Below, in pieces: positions 29,248 to 37,966 of a DNA stretch of 64,000 nt. This DNA comes from Bacteroidales bacterium. GTDB lineage: Bacteria > Bacteroidota > Bacteroidia > Bacteroidales > GCA-2748055. The notes under the pieces are model-generated. The model did no database searches. It saw nothing but the letters and a program-made list of their open reading frames with translations, and was not told where the DNA came from. Each line of letters starts with the position of its first letter. Positions within the stretch are counted from its first letter, which is position 1. The stretch covers positions 94,134 through 158,133 of the forward strand of contig JBBQAQ010000003.1 of assembly GCA_038316435.1 (NCBI GenBank). The letters run 5' to 3'. The position numbers and the translations under genes are program-made.

Positions 29248-32019
29248 TCAATGAGCTTCAAGCCAGTTAAATCCAGTACCCATTTCAACAAGCAAAGGAA
29301 CGGAGAGTTTGATCGCTCCTTCCATCTCTGAACGAACAAGGTTCATCAGTTTACTTTCCTCTGCTTTTTTCATATCAAAAACAAGTTCATCATGAACCTG
29401 CAAAATCATTTTTGAGTTCATTTGAGCCTCTTTCATCTTGTTGTGGATATTGATCATGGCTATCTTAATAATATCAGCAGCAGAACCCTGAATAGGTGCG
29501 TTAATAGCGTTTCTTTCTGCCATACCTCTTATTCCCTGATTTCGGGAATTTATATCAGGTAATTGTCTTTTTCTTCCAAGCATTGTTGTTACGTACCCTG
29601 TTTCTCGAGCCAGACGTATGCTTTGATTCATATATTCTTTTACCCCTGGGAAAGTATTGAAGTAATTATCAATGAGATCTTTAGCGTCTGATCTGCTAAT
29701 ATTAAGTCGTTGGGAAAGACCAAAAGCAGAGATGCCATATATTATTCCAAAATTCGCAGTTTTTGCTCGGCTACGCATTTCACGTGAAACATCTGCCAAT
29801 TCAATTTTATAGATTTTAGCTGCAGTTGCGGTATGAATATCTTCACCAAGCATAAATGCGCTGATCATATTTTCATCTTTGCTTAGGTGGGCCATCAGTC
29901 TCAATTCTATCTGAGAATAGTCGGCAGAAAGAAACAGGTTTTCGGAACTTTCAGGAACAAAAGATTTTCTAATCTCTCTTCCCCTTTCTTCACGAATAGG
30001 AATATTCTGCAAATTCGGATTATTAGAACTTAGCCTCCCTGTCGCGGCTACAGTCTGGTTAAAGGAGGTATGAATTTTACCGGATTTATTATCTACAAGT
30101 TTTGGAAGTGTGTCTACATAGGTGGAAAGAAGTTTTTTAAGTCCGCGATATGTAAGAACCTCTTCCACAATAGGATGTTTTCCTGTAAGTCGAGCAAGAA
30201 CCTCCTCCCCGGTTGAATATTGCTTGGTTTTAGTCATTTTTGCGTCGTTGTCAATTTTAAGACGGTCAAAAAGCACTTCACCTAACTGTCGGGGAGACTG
30301 AATATTGAATTCATGTCCAGCCAGCTTATATATTTTTTCTTCGGTTAGCAGAATATCTTTGACCAGTTCTGTACGGAAATCTACAAGAGTTTCTTTGTCA
30401 AGTTTAATTCCATTCTGCTCCATTTCAGCCAGGACTTTGATTAATGGCATTTCTATCTTTTCAGCAAGTTCAAACAATCCCTCGGTTTTTAGCTGATCAA
30501 TGAATTTCTCATATAATAAAAACGCCAGATCAGCATCTTCGGCAGCATAATCTTTGATTTTCTCTATTGGGACATCCTTCATATTGCCTTGATTTTTCCC
30601 TTTTTCTCCAATAAGTTCTTCAATTTTTACAGGCGAATATTGAAGGTAATTTTCCGATAAAACATTTAGGTTATGACGTTGATCTGGTTGCAATAGATAA
30701 TGAGCGATCATGGTATCGAAATATGATCCTCCCACTTCAATCCCGTACTTTTTAAGCATGCGGGTGTCAAATTTCAGATTTTGTCCTATTTTAAGGATAT
30801 TTTGGTTTTCTAATGCAGATTTGAAGGGACTCAACATTTTTACTGCATCATCAAATAATTGGGGTAGAGGAATATAAAAAGCTTCGTTAGGTTTAATAGA
30901 AAAGGAAATTCCCACTAAATCAGCTGAAAAAATGTCAAGATCTGTTGTTTCTGTATCGAAAGAAAAAGCATCGGAATTATTCAAGTCATCAGCTAACTTT
31001 TTTAAAGAAATTTCCTCATTAACCAGGACATAATTTTTTTGAACAGTATTAATAGTATTATAATTTGAAACGATTGGTTCAACAGAAGAAAAACCGGAAA
31101 AGAGGTTTCCTTGCTGAGAATTTGTTTGAATTGGTTTTGTTTCTGGCTTTATTTGTCTAGTTAGCAGTGTTTTAAACTCAAGTTCCTGAAATATTTCTTT
31201 AATCTTTTCTGAATTCACCACTTCTTTTATATATAAATCAGCATCGAAGTTTACTGGAACGTCAAGGCGGATAGTAACGAGTTCGCGGGAAAGGTAAGCT
31301 TGCTCTTTAAATTTCTCAAGATTTTCGCGAAGTTTCCCTTTAAACTTATCGAGGTTAAGATATATATTATCAAGGCTATGAAATTCAGAGATCATTTTTA
31401 TTGCTGTCTTCTCTCCCACTCCAGGAACACCGGGAACATTATCAGATGAATCTCCCCAGAGGGCAAGAATATCGATAAACTGAGCCGGATCCGTAATACC
31501 GAATTTTAAACAAATTTCATTTTTCCCAATTATTTCAGAGACGCTTCCTGCTTTTCGAGGTTTGAATAAAACAATATTATCAGAAACGAGCTGATTATAA
31601 TCCTTATCAGGAGTCATCATAAATACCTTAAAGCCCTCTTTTTCAGCTTGTTTAGCTAAGGTTCCAATGACATCATCGGCTTCAAATCCCGCGCATTGAA
31701 TTACCGGAATATTATATGCTTCAATAATTTTTTTAATCTGAGGTACAGCCTTTCTAATATCTTCAGGTGTTTCCTGCCGATTGGCTTTATAGGCTGGAAA
31801 AAGTTCATTTCTGAAGGTTGGGCCTGCGGGATCGAAGGCAACAGCAATATGGGAAGGGTTTTGATTTTTCAGAACGTCATCAAGAGTAATTGTAAAACCA
31901 AAAGCAGTTGACGTATTCTGCCCTTTGGAGTTTTTCATGGGATTAGAAATAAAAGCATAATAAGATCTGAAAATCAGGGCGTATGCATCAAGCAGAAATA
32001 GTCTTTTATCGGTATCCAT
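29248..32019 (-). CDS. polA: DNA polymerase I
   Basis: 5' nuclease domain, exonuclease-like domain, and polymerase motifs DYSQIELR, RSRAKTANFGIIYG, QVHDELV; 923 aa. Confidence 0.97.
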   Translation of the reverse strand: MDTDKRLFLLDAYALIFRSYYAFISNPMKNSKGQNTSTAFGFTITLDDVLKNQNPSHIAVAFDPAGPTFRNELFPAYKANRQETPEDIRKAVPQIKKIIEAYNIPVIQCAGFEADDVIGTLAKQAEKEGFKVFMMTPDKDYNQLVSDNIVLFKPRKAGSVSEIIGKNEICLKFGITDPAQFIDILALWGDSSDNVPGVPGVGEKTAIKMISEFHSLDNIYLNLDKFKGKLRENLEKFKEQAYLSRELVTIRLDVPVNFDADLYIKEVVNSEKIKEIFQELEFKTLLTRQIKPETKPIQTNSQQGNLFSGFSSVEPIVSNYNTINTVQKNYVLVNEEISLKKLADDLNNSDAFSFDTETTDLDIFSADLVGISFSIKPNEAFYIPLPQLFDDAVKMLSPFKSALENQNILKIGQNLKFDTRMLKKYGIEVGGSYFDTMIAHYLLQPDQRHNLNVLSENYLQYSPVKIEELIGEKGKNQGNMKDVPIEKIKDYAAEDADLAFLLYEKFIDQLKTEGLFELAEKIEMPLIKVLAEMEQNGIKLDKETLVDFRTELVKDILLTEEKIYKLAGHEFNIQSPRQLGEVLFDRLKIDNDAKMTKTKQYSTGEEVLARLTGKHPIVEEVLTYRGLKKLLSTYVDTLPKLVDNKSGKIHTSFNQTVAATGRLSSNNPNLQNIPIREERGREIRKSFVPESSENLFLSADYSQIELRLMAHLSKDENMISAFMLGEDIHTATAAKIYKIELADVSREMRSRAKTANFGIIYGISAFGLSQRLNISRSDAKDLIDNYFNTFPGVKEYMNQSIRLARETGYVTTMLGRKRQLPDINSRNQGIRGMAERNAINAPIQGSAADIIKIAMINIHNKMKEAQMNSKMILQVHDELVFDMKKAEESKLMNLVRSEMEGAIKLSVPLLVEMGTGFNWLEAH
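29776..29791. other. parS-like site inside polA (CATTTCACGTGAAACA, 14/16)
   Basis: The core TTTCACGTGAAA palindrome is intact, and the two mismatches are at the outer 5' positions. It lies within a conserved polA coding segment, so it could be coincidental. Confidence 0.3.
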
Positions 32020-32177
32020 TTTTAAAAGATTGGCAGTTTATAACTTGCTAAAGGTATATCAAATCAAGTGAAAAACGGAAATGTTAGCTTTTGAAGAGGA
32101 AAAAGAATTTTCGTCTGCTTTTGCTTAAATTCTCGTATACACAGCAGAGGAATAATAATTGTTCTGCAAAATATATG

Positions 32178-32627
32178 CTAGAGATTATCAGAGGCATACC
32201 ATTCAGCATATGATGTTGCTGTTTCACAAAGCTTTACCGAGAAAAGTGTTAAGGTTACTGGCAGCAGAGGTTTAATTTTCTTCACTATATCAATCAGGAG
32301 GTTTTCACATGTTGGTTGAAAATCAACAATTCTAAGTGTATCGAACATTTGAGAAACATGTGCAAGGCTTTGACTATCAGCGTCTTTAGAGATAACAAGG
32401 GCATGATCAAGGTAATCAAGAATCGGTTTTTTTACCCACTTTTTAATATCTGAAAAGTCTGCAACCATTCCATTTTTCGGATCAATATTATTGTTTAAAG
32501 GGACGCCAAGGAGGGTAATAAAAAGTTTATATGAGTGACCATGAATGCTTTTACAAGAACCGTCGTAGTTCCAAAGAGCATGAGCCATTTCGAAGTGAAA
32601 TTCTTTTGTAAGTCTAATGTTTCCCAT
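32178..32627 (-). CDS. queD: 6-carboxytetrahydropterin synthase (QueD / PTPS family)
   Basis: FHFEMAHAL and CKSIHGHSY zinc/catalytic motifs; 149 aa. Confidence 0.85.
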   Translation of the reverse strand: MGNIRLTKEFHFEMAHALWNYDGSCKSIHGHSYKLFITLLGVPLNNNIDPKNGMVADFSDIKKWVKKPILDYLDHALVISKDADSQSLAHVSQMFDTLRIVDFQPTCENLLIDIVKKIKPLLPVTLTLFSVKLCETATSYAEWYASDNL

Positions 32628-32651
32628 TTAATTGTAAGTCAGCTATTTACC

Positions 32652-32664
32652 GCAAATTATTTGC
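32652..32664. repeat. 13-bp perfect palindrome GCAAAT-T-ATTTGC between arsR and queD (candidate operator)
   Basis: Read directly from the sequence. It lies 25 nt upstream of the queD ATG. The 1-nt centre is too short to form an RNA hairpin loop. Confidence 0.25.
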
Positions 32665-32703
32665 ATAAATCGATATTACCAAGAGAAATAATTTAGCATT
32701 TTA

Positions 32704-33003
32704 CTATGTACATGCGCATTTACTAACACAATCAACAATATTTACAAGATTGTCATGTTTCAAGTAGTAATAGGTATTTTTACCCTCTCTCTGTGAAGCG
32801 AGGACCCCTTTATCTTTAAGAATTCCCAAGTGGTGAGATGTTGTTGACTGTTCGACATTAAGCAACTCATGGATTTCTGTTACAGTAAGTTTTTTTCCGT
32901 TTTCAAGATGATTTAGGATTGCTATTCTTAAAGGGTGAGCAATGGCCTTTAGCATACTTGATGCTTTTTCAAGTTGTTCAGGCGTAAGGTCTATGATTTT
33001 CAT
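32704..33003 (-). CDS. ArsR/SmtB family transcriptional regulator with C-terminal Cys triad
   Basis: LKAIAHPLRIAILNHL and wHTH TVTEIHELLNVEQSTTSHHLGILK. The tail is DCVSKCACT. Confidence 0.9.
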   Translation of the reverse strand: MKIIDLTPEQLEKASSMLKAIAHPLRIAILNHLENGKKLTVTEIHELLNVEQSTTSHHLGILKDKGVLASQREGKNTYYYLKHDNLVNIVDCVSKCACT

Positions 33004-33118
33004 TCTATAAATTATTATTTTTTGAGATATTCCCTGGTTCTTCTTAAAACCATATGTGAATTTCTAATTAACTACATTTCATAAAAAGCTTAAAATTTAC
33101 CAGCTATTAACAAATGCA

Positions 33119-33131
33119 AATATATATATAT
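33119..33131. repeat. alternating AT tract ATATATATATATA ((TA)6) in the arsR upstream region
   Basis: Read directly from the sequence. It overlaps a minus-strand TATATTTG (-7-like) motif at 33116-33123. Confidence 0.5.
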
Positions 33132-33330
33132 AATTTATCTTAAATAGAACTTCTAATTGTTTTCAAAGAATGAAAAATCAAAATTCGAAATAATACCATA
33201 TTCAACAGAAATGAAACTTACTCTTTTCTATGAATGAGTAGATGTTTCTAAAAATTAATTTCACTAAACACAACCATCAATTGGTTTTTCAATCTTGAAA
33301 AAGACTTTAGTATTTTACCATAAGGAATGG

Positions 33331-33338
33331 TACCTTTG
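33331..33338 (+). promoter_or_regulatory. -7 motif TACCTTTG upstream of the polyprenyl synthase gene
   Basis: TAnnTTTG match 18 nt before the ATG at 33356. Confidence 0.4.
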
Positions 33339-33355
33339 TAACAAATTGATATTTG

Positions 33356-34330
33356 ATGAGTGAATTAAATCAAATCAGAGAGCCAATAAGGCTTGAGCTT
33401 AAGGAGTTTGAAAAGCATTTCAGACAATCATTAAAAAGCAATGTACCCTTACTAAATATAATTACAAATTATATCTTACGTAAAAAGGGGAAGCAGATGC
33501 GACCAGCATTTGTTTTATTAAGTGCACGGATGTTTGGCGAAATTGGGTCTTCAAGTTATACTGCCGCATCTCTAATTGAATTACTGCACACAGCCTCCCT
33601 GATACATGATGATGTAGTTGATGAATCGTATGAAAGGCGAGGGTTCTTCTCGATAAACGCTTTATGGAAAACGAAAGTTGCTGTTTTAGTTGGAGATTAT
33701 CTTCTAGCTAAAGGTCTTTTGTTATCAGTTGAGCATAAAGAATATGAATTACTTGAGATAGTATCCGAAGCCGTGAAAGAAATGAGTGAGGGCGAGCTAT
33801 TACAAATTCAGAAATCAAGGAAGCTAAATATCAGCATGGATAATTACTTTGAAATAATTAGAAAAAAAACTGCTGCACTTATTGCTGCATGTACCGCTTG
33901 CGGGGCAAAGTCTGCAGGAGCAACTGCAGAGCAAATTATGTTAATGAAAGAATTTGGTGAACTGACAGGTATAGCCTTTCAAATTAAGGACGATTTATTT
34001 GATTACGATCGAAGCGGTAAAATAGGAAAACCAACTGCGAATGATATTAAAGAAAAGAAAATGACTTTACCCTTGATATATGCCTTAGAAATTTGCCCAA
34101 GCTCTGAGCGAGGAAAAATAATTTCAATTATTAAGCATCATAATAGAAATGCAGATAAGGTAGATGAGGTAATAAGTTTTGTTAAAAATTACGGAGGGTT
34201 AGATTTTGCTGAGATGAAAATGCAAGAATATAAATTATTAGCTTTAGAAAAAATAAGCTCATTTCCAGAAACAGATTCAAAAAGATCACTGATTTCACTT
34301 TTAGAGTTTACAATCAGTCGTAAAGAGTAG
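33356..34330 (+). CDS. polyprenyl diphosphate synthase (IspB-like)
   Basis: Asp-rich motifs LIHDDVVDES and FQIKDDLFDY. ATG at 33356 lies one codon after the TTG. Confidence 0.9.
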   Translation: MSELNQIREPIRLELKEFEKHFRQSLKSNVPLLNIITNYILRKKGKQMRPAFVLLSARMFGEIGSSSYTAASLIELLHTASLIHDDVVDESYERRGFFSINALWKTKVAVLVGDYLLAKGLLLSVEHKEYELLEIVSEAVKEMSEGELLQIQKSRKLNISMDNYFEIIRKKTAALIAACTACGAKSAGATAEQIMLMKEFGELTGIAFQIKDDLFDYDRSGKIGKPTANDIKEKKMTLPLIYALEICPSSERGKIISIIKHHNRNADKVDEVISFVKNYGGLDFAEMKMQEYKLLALEKISSFPETDSKRSLISLLEFTISRKE

Positions 34331-34460
34331 TTTTCCGCAACTTATTCCCCTATAAATCTACGAATCAATTTGGATAACTCATTCTCCTTTGATTAAAGCT
34401 TCACTAAAAGAACTATAAATCACTAATATTTAAGTGTTTAGTGCCTATTCAAATAAATTT

Positions 34461-36269
34461 TTACTTTAGCCCATTCAGGTAAGTTTTCATCAGTTTTGCT
34501 TTTTTTTCTCCTAAAAGACTTTTCAATTTTTCCTCTGACAAATTTTTCAATTCTTCCATGTTGCTTACTTGCTCCCACAGTTTTCTGATAGCGCTTTCTC
34601 CAATTCCAGGAATACTTGTTAAGTCGGATTTTAGCATTCCAGCAGATCTTTTTAGCCGATGAAAAGTAATACCAAATCTATGTGCTTCATTTCTCATTTG
34701 TTGAATGAGCTTAAGAGATTCGGAATTTTTATCAATGTACAGAGGCACTGGATCATCCGGAAAATATATTTCTTCGAGACGTTTTGCAATTCCAATGACG
34801 GCAATTTTTCCCCTTAGGTTCAGTTCGTTTAAACTCTCAACTGCAGCGCTGAGCTGACCTTTTCCACCATCAATAATAATTAATTGCGGTAAATCAAGAT
34901 TTTCATTTATAATCCGAGAGTAACGGCGCGTAACTATTTCCTTCATAGATGCAAAATCATCTGGCCCGATTACTGTTTTAATATTGAAATGCCTATACTC
35001 CTTTTTTGCTGGTTTAGCATTTTTAAATACGACACAAGCAGCAACTGGGTTAGAACCCTGAATATTGCTATTATCAAAGCATTCAATATGTATGGGGACA
35101 GAATCTAGTCTTAAGTCCTTTTTAAGTGTCGAAAGAATTCTGAAACTTGCTTTTTCAGGAGTCACTGAATTTTTTTGCCGATTTCGTTCTAGCATAAAGT
35201 ACTTAGCATTCCGTTCAGAGAGTTCCAACAGCTTTTTTTTATCTCCAATTTTGGGTACTGTCAGGCTTACATTTTCCGGTATTGTTTCAATAAGAAATGG
35301 CAATATAATTTCTTTAGCGTCACTAAAAAGTCTTTCTCTTATTTCAAAAATTGCAAATTCAAGTAGTTCTTCTTTTGACTCATCCAATTTATTTTTTATT
35401 TCAACTGTATGAGCCTGAATTATTCCTCCGTTTACTACCTTTATAAAATTAACAAATGCTGCATCCTTATCCTGAACGATTGAAAACACATCAACATTAT
35501 GAATGGCCGGGTTAACAATTGTAGATTTTGTTTGGAATTTTTCCAGCATTTCAATTTTTTGCTTTATCGATTCTGCGGCCTCGAACTCATATTTTAAAGA
35601 ATGTTTCAACATTAGGCTATTAAGATGAAGGATCAAATCTTTAAGATTTCCCTTTAAAAGTTGGTGGATCTGGTCAATCGCGGTATTATAATCCTCTAAG
35701 GATTGAAGTCCTTCACAGGGTCCGATACAATTACCAATATGATATTCAAGACATTTTTTTATTTTGCCTTTTCTAATATTTTCTTCAGAAAGAATAAAAG
35801 AACAAGTTCGCAGTTTATAAAGTTGGTGAACTAGAACCAATAGAGTTTTTACTGTAAAGGCTGATGTATAAGGCCCATAATATTTAGACCCATCGGAAAC
35901 AATATTTCTTGTTGAAAAAACTCTGGGAAAGCGTTCATTTTTTATACAAATCCACGGAAAGGTTTTATCGTCTTTAAGGCTGACATTATATTTTGGCTGA
36001 TACTGCTTAATCAGATTATTTTCGAGCAAGAGAGCGTCAGATTCAGTATCAACAACAATATGTTTAACCTCGGCAACCTTTTTAACAAGAACTCTAAGTT
36101 TATTATTTTCGTGAATAGTTTTTGAAAAATATGAATTAACTCTTTTTTTTAGATTTTTTGCCTTCCCAATATAAAGTAAGTTAGCCGAGGAATCATAAAA
36201 TTGGTAAACACCAGGCTTATCAGGAAGATTACTTATAATACTTTTAAAAATATTCTTTTCTTCTTTCAT
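34461..36269 (-). CDS. uvrC: excinuclease ABC subunit C
   Basis: GIY-YIG (GVYQFY, YIGKAKNLKKR), UvrB-interaction region, and C-terminal HhH (IPGIGESAIRKL). Confidence 0.95.
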   Translation of the reverse strand: MKEEKNIFKSIISNLPDKPGVYQFYDSSANLLYIGKAKNLKKRVNSYFSKTIHENNKLRVLVKKVAEVKHIVVDTESDALLLENNLIKQYQPKYNVSLKDDKTFPWICIKNERFPRVFSTRNIVSDGSKYYGPYTSAFTVKTLLVLVHQLYKLRTCSFILSEENIRKGKIKKCLEYHIGNCIGPCEGLQSLEDYNTAIDQIHQLLKGNLKDLILHLNSLMLKHSLKYEFEAAESIKQKIEMLEKFQTKSTIVNPAIHNVDVFSIVQDKDAAFVNFIKVVNGGIIQAHTVEIKNKLDESKEELLEFAIFEIRERLFSDAKEIILPFLIETIPENVSLTVPKIGDKKKLLELSERNAKYFMLERNRQKNSVTPEKASFRILSTLKKDLRLDSVPIHIECFDNSNIQGSNPVAACVVFKNAKPAKKEYRHFNIKTVIGPDDFASMKEIVTRRYSRIINENLDLPQLIIIDGGKGQLSAAVESLNELNLRGKIAVIGIAKRLEEIYFPDDPVPLYIDKNSESLKLIQQMRNEAHRFGITFHRLKRSAGMLKSDLTSIPGIGESAIRKLWEQVSNMEELKNLSEEKLKSLLGEKKAKLMKTYLNGLK

Positions 36270-36285
36270 TTCTCAAGAAGTAAAA

Positions 36286-37914
36286 TCAGTTTTCGAAAAG
36301 ATCTGTAAATTCAAATCTTACACCATCAAATAGTCCCTTATTGCTAAGTTTTAATTCTGGAATTACCAACAAGGACATAAAGCTTAATGTCATAAAAGGA
36401 GCCTTTAGCTTAGATCCTAAATCTGCCGCCGCATTATTTAGCCGCAAATACTGTTCTGCAACCCATTCACCTTTTTGGTCAGACATTATACCTGCAATTG
36501 GCAAAGGAATACCAGAAACAGAAATTCCGTTATGAACTGCTACTCCCCCTTTATTTTTCACGATCCAGTTTATACATTCTGCAATTTGATCATTATTAAC
36601 TCCAACAGCAATAATATTATGAGAATCGTGTGCAATTGAACTTGCAATTGCCCCTTTCTTTAATCCAAAATTATGAATATATGCAATTACAGGTTTCTCC
36701 TTCTCATATCGGTTTAAAACAACTAGTTTTAAGATATCTTTAGTTATATCAGAAGCAAGGTCGATCCCATTAGATTTGAGAGTTGTTTTAAAAGATTTAG
36801 TAACAAGTTCGCCATCAGTAACTGAAATAACTTTTATTGAACAATTATTCTTCGGTCTGACAATAATTGAATCGGGGGAAATTTGCTTAGCGTTAAATCT
36901 ATTTACAAGTTTTTGCTTTCTTATCTCCCTTAGTCCCTTTGAGCGATCGAAAACCTTTTGTCCTTTAATATAAGATTCGCTAACATCAAACTTCACAATA
37001 TTATCGACTCTTATAAAATCGCCCCCATCACCCACCCTGAGCATTCCCATATTTAGTCCATAATGTGAATTTGGATTAAGGGTAACTGTTTTGATTAGGT
37101 TGAAAAGGTTTATTCCACGCTTTACTCCTTTAGCTAAAAGCATATTTATATGACCTTCCAAAAGATCATCAGGGTGAAGGTCATCAGAACATAGGAAAAC
37201 ACTATTTGGATATTTATCAATGAGTGGCCATAAAGCATCAAAATTTTTAGCGGCACTCCCCTCTCTAATTTGGATCTTCATTCCCAAATTTATCTTTTCT
37301 GTTGCCTCGTCTATCGTGGAGCATTCATGGTCAGTTTCAATTCCAGCGCCAACATACTTTTTTAGCTCCTGTCCTGTCAGACCAGGAGCGTGTCCATCAA
37401 TTCTCTTATTATATCGTTTGGCAATATCTATTTTCTTATGCACTTCTTTCTCGTCGAAAATCACTCCTGGGTAATTCATTACTTCGGAAAGAAATAAAAG
37501 TTTTTGATTTTCAAATAAGGACTCTATTTGGTTTGAACTAATTTTCCCACCAGAAGTTTCAAAATCTGTAGCCGGAACGCAACTCGGCACCCCGAAGAAA
37601 AATCTAAGATCGGCCTTACTTGCATTTTCAATCATATATTTAACCCCGTCCACGCCTAAGACATTTGCAATCTCGTGTGGATCTGAAACTACTGCAAGGG
37701 TACCATGTGAAATTGCTATTCTACCAAAATTCTGCGGAGTAAGCATAGAGCTTTCAATATGAATGTGGGAATCTATTAGACCTGGTAGCAAATATGAATC
37801 CAACAAGGAATTAAGACGGTCAATGGAAACAATTAATCCGTCTTCGATCGATATCTCTGCCCCGTAGATTTCTTCTTTGAAGATATCTACCAAATTTCCT
37901 CTGATTATTTCCAA
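36286..37914 (-). CDS. ade: adenine deaminase
   Basis: Amidohydrolase metal motif DSHIHIESS. The 542 aa length is colinear with Ade. TTG start; there is no ATG/GTG upstream in frame. Confidence 0.88.
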   Translation of the reverse strand: MEIIRGNLVDIFKEEIYGAEISIEDGLIVSIDRLNSLLDSYLLPGLIDSHIHIESSMLTPQNFGRIAISHGTLAVVSDPHEIANVLGVDGVKYMIENASKADLRFFFGVPSCVPATDFETSGGKISSNQIESLFENQKLLFLSEVMNYPGVIFDEKEVHKKIDIAKRYNKRIDGHAPGLTGQELKKYVGAGIETDHECSTIDEATEKINLGMKIQIREGSAAKNFDALWPLIDKYPNSVFLCSDDLHPDDLLEGHINMLLAKGVKRGINLFNLIKTVTLNPNSHYGLNMGMLRVGDGGDFIRVDNIVKFDVSESYIKGQKVFDRSKGLREIRKQKLVNRFNAKQISPDSIIVRPKNNCSIKVISVTDGELVTKSFKTTLKSNGIDLASDITKDILKLVVLNRYEKEKPVIAYIHNFGLKKGAIASSIAHDSHNIIAVGVNNDQIAECINWIVKNKGGVAVHNGISVSGIPLPIAGIMSDQKGEWVAEQYLRLNNAAADLGSKLKAPFMTLSFMSLLVIPELKLSNKGLFDGVRFEFTDLFEN

Positions 37915-37934
37915 TTTAATTTCAGTTTTAAGAC

Positions 37935-37950
37935 TGTTCCACGTGGAACA
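37935..37950. other. parS centromere-like site 1 (TGTTCCACGTGGAACA, perfect 16-bp palindrome)
   Basis: Matches the ParB-binding consensus tGTTNCACGTGAAACa at 15/16 positions and is self-complementary. Lies in the mnmG-ade spacer. Confidence 0.8.
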
Positions 37951-37966
37951 TGTTCCACGTGAAACA
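37951..37966. other. parS centromere-like site 2 (TGTTCCACGTGAAACA)
   Basis: 16/16 match to the Bacillus-type parS consensus. It directly abuts site 1 and the mnmG stop codon (37967-37969). Confidence 0.85.
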
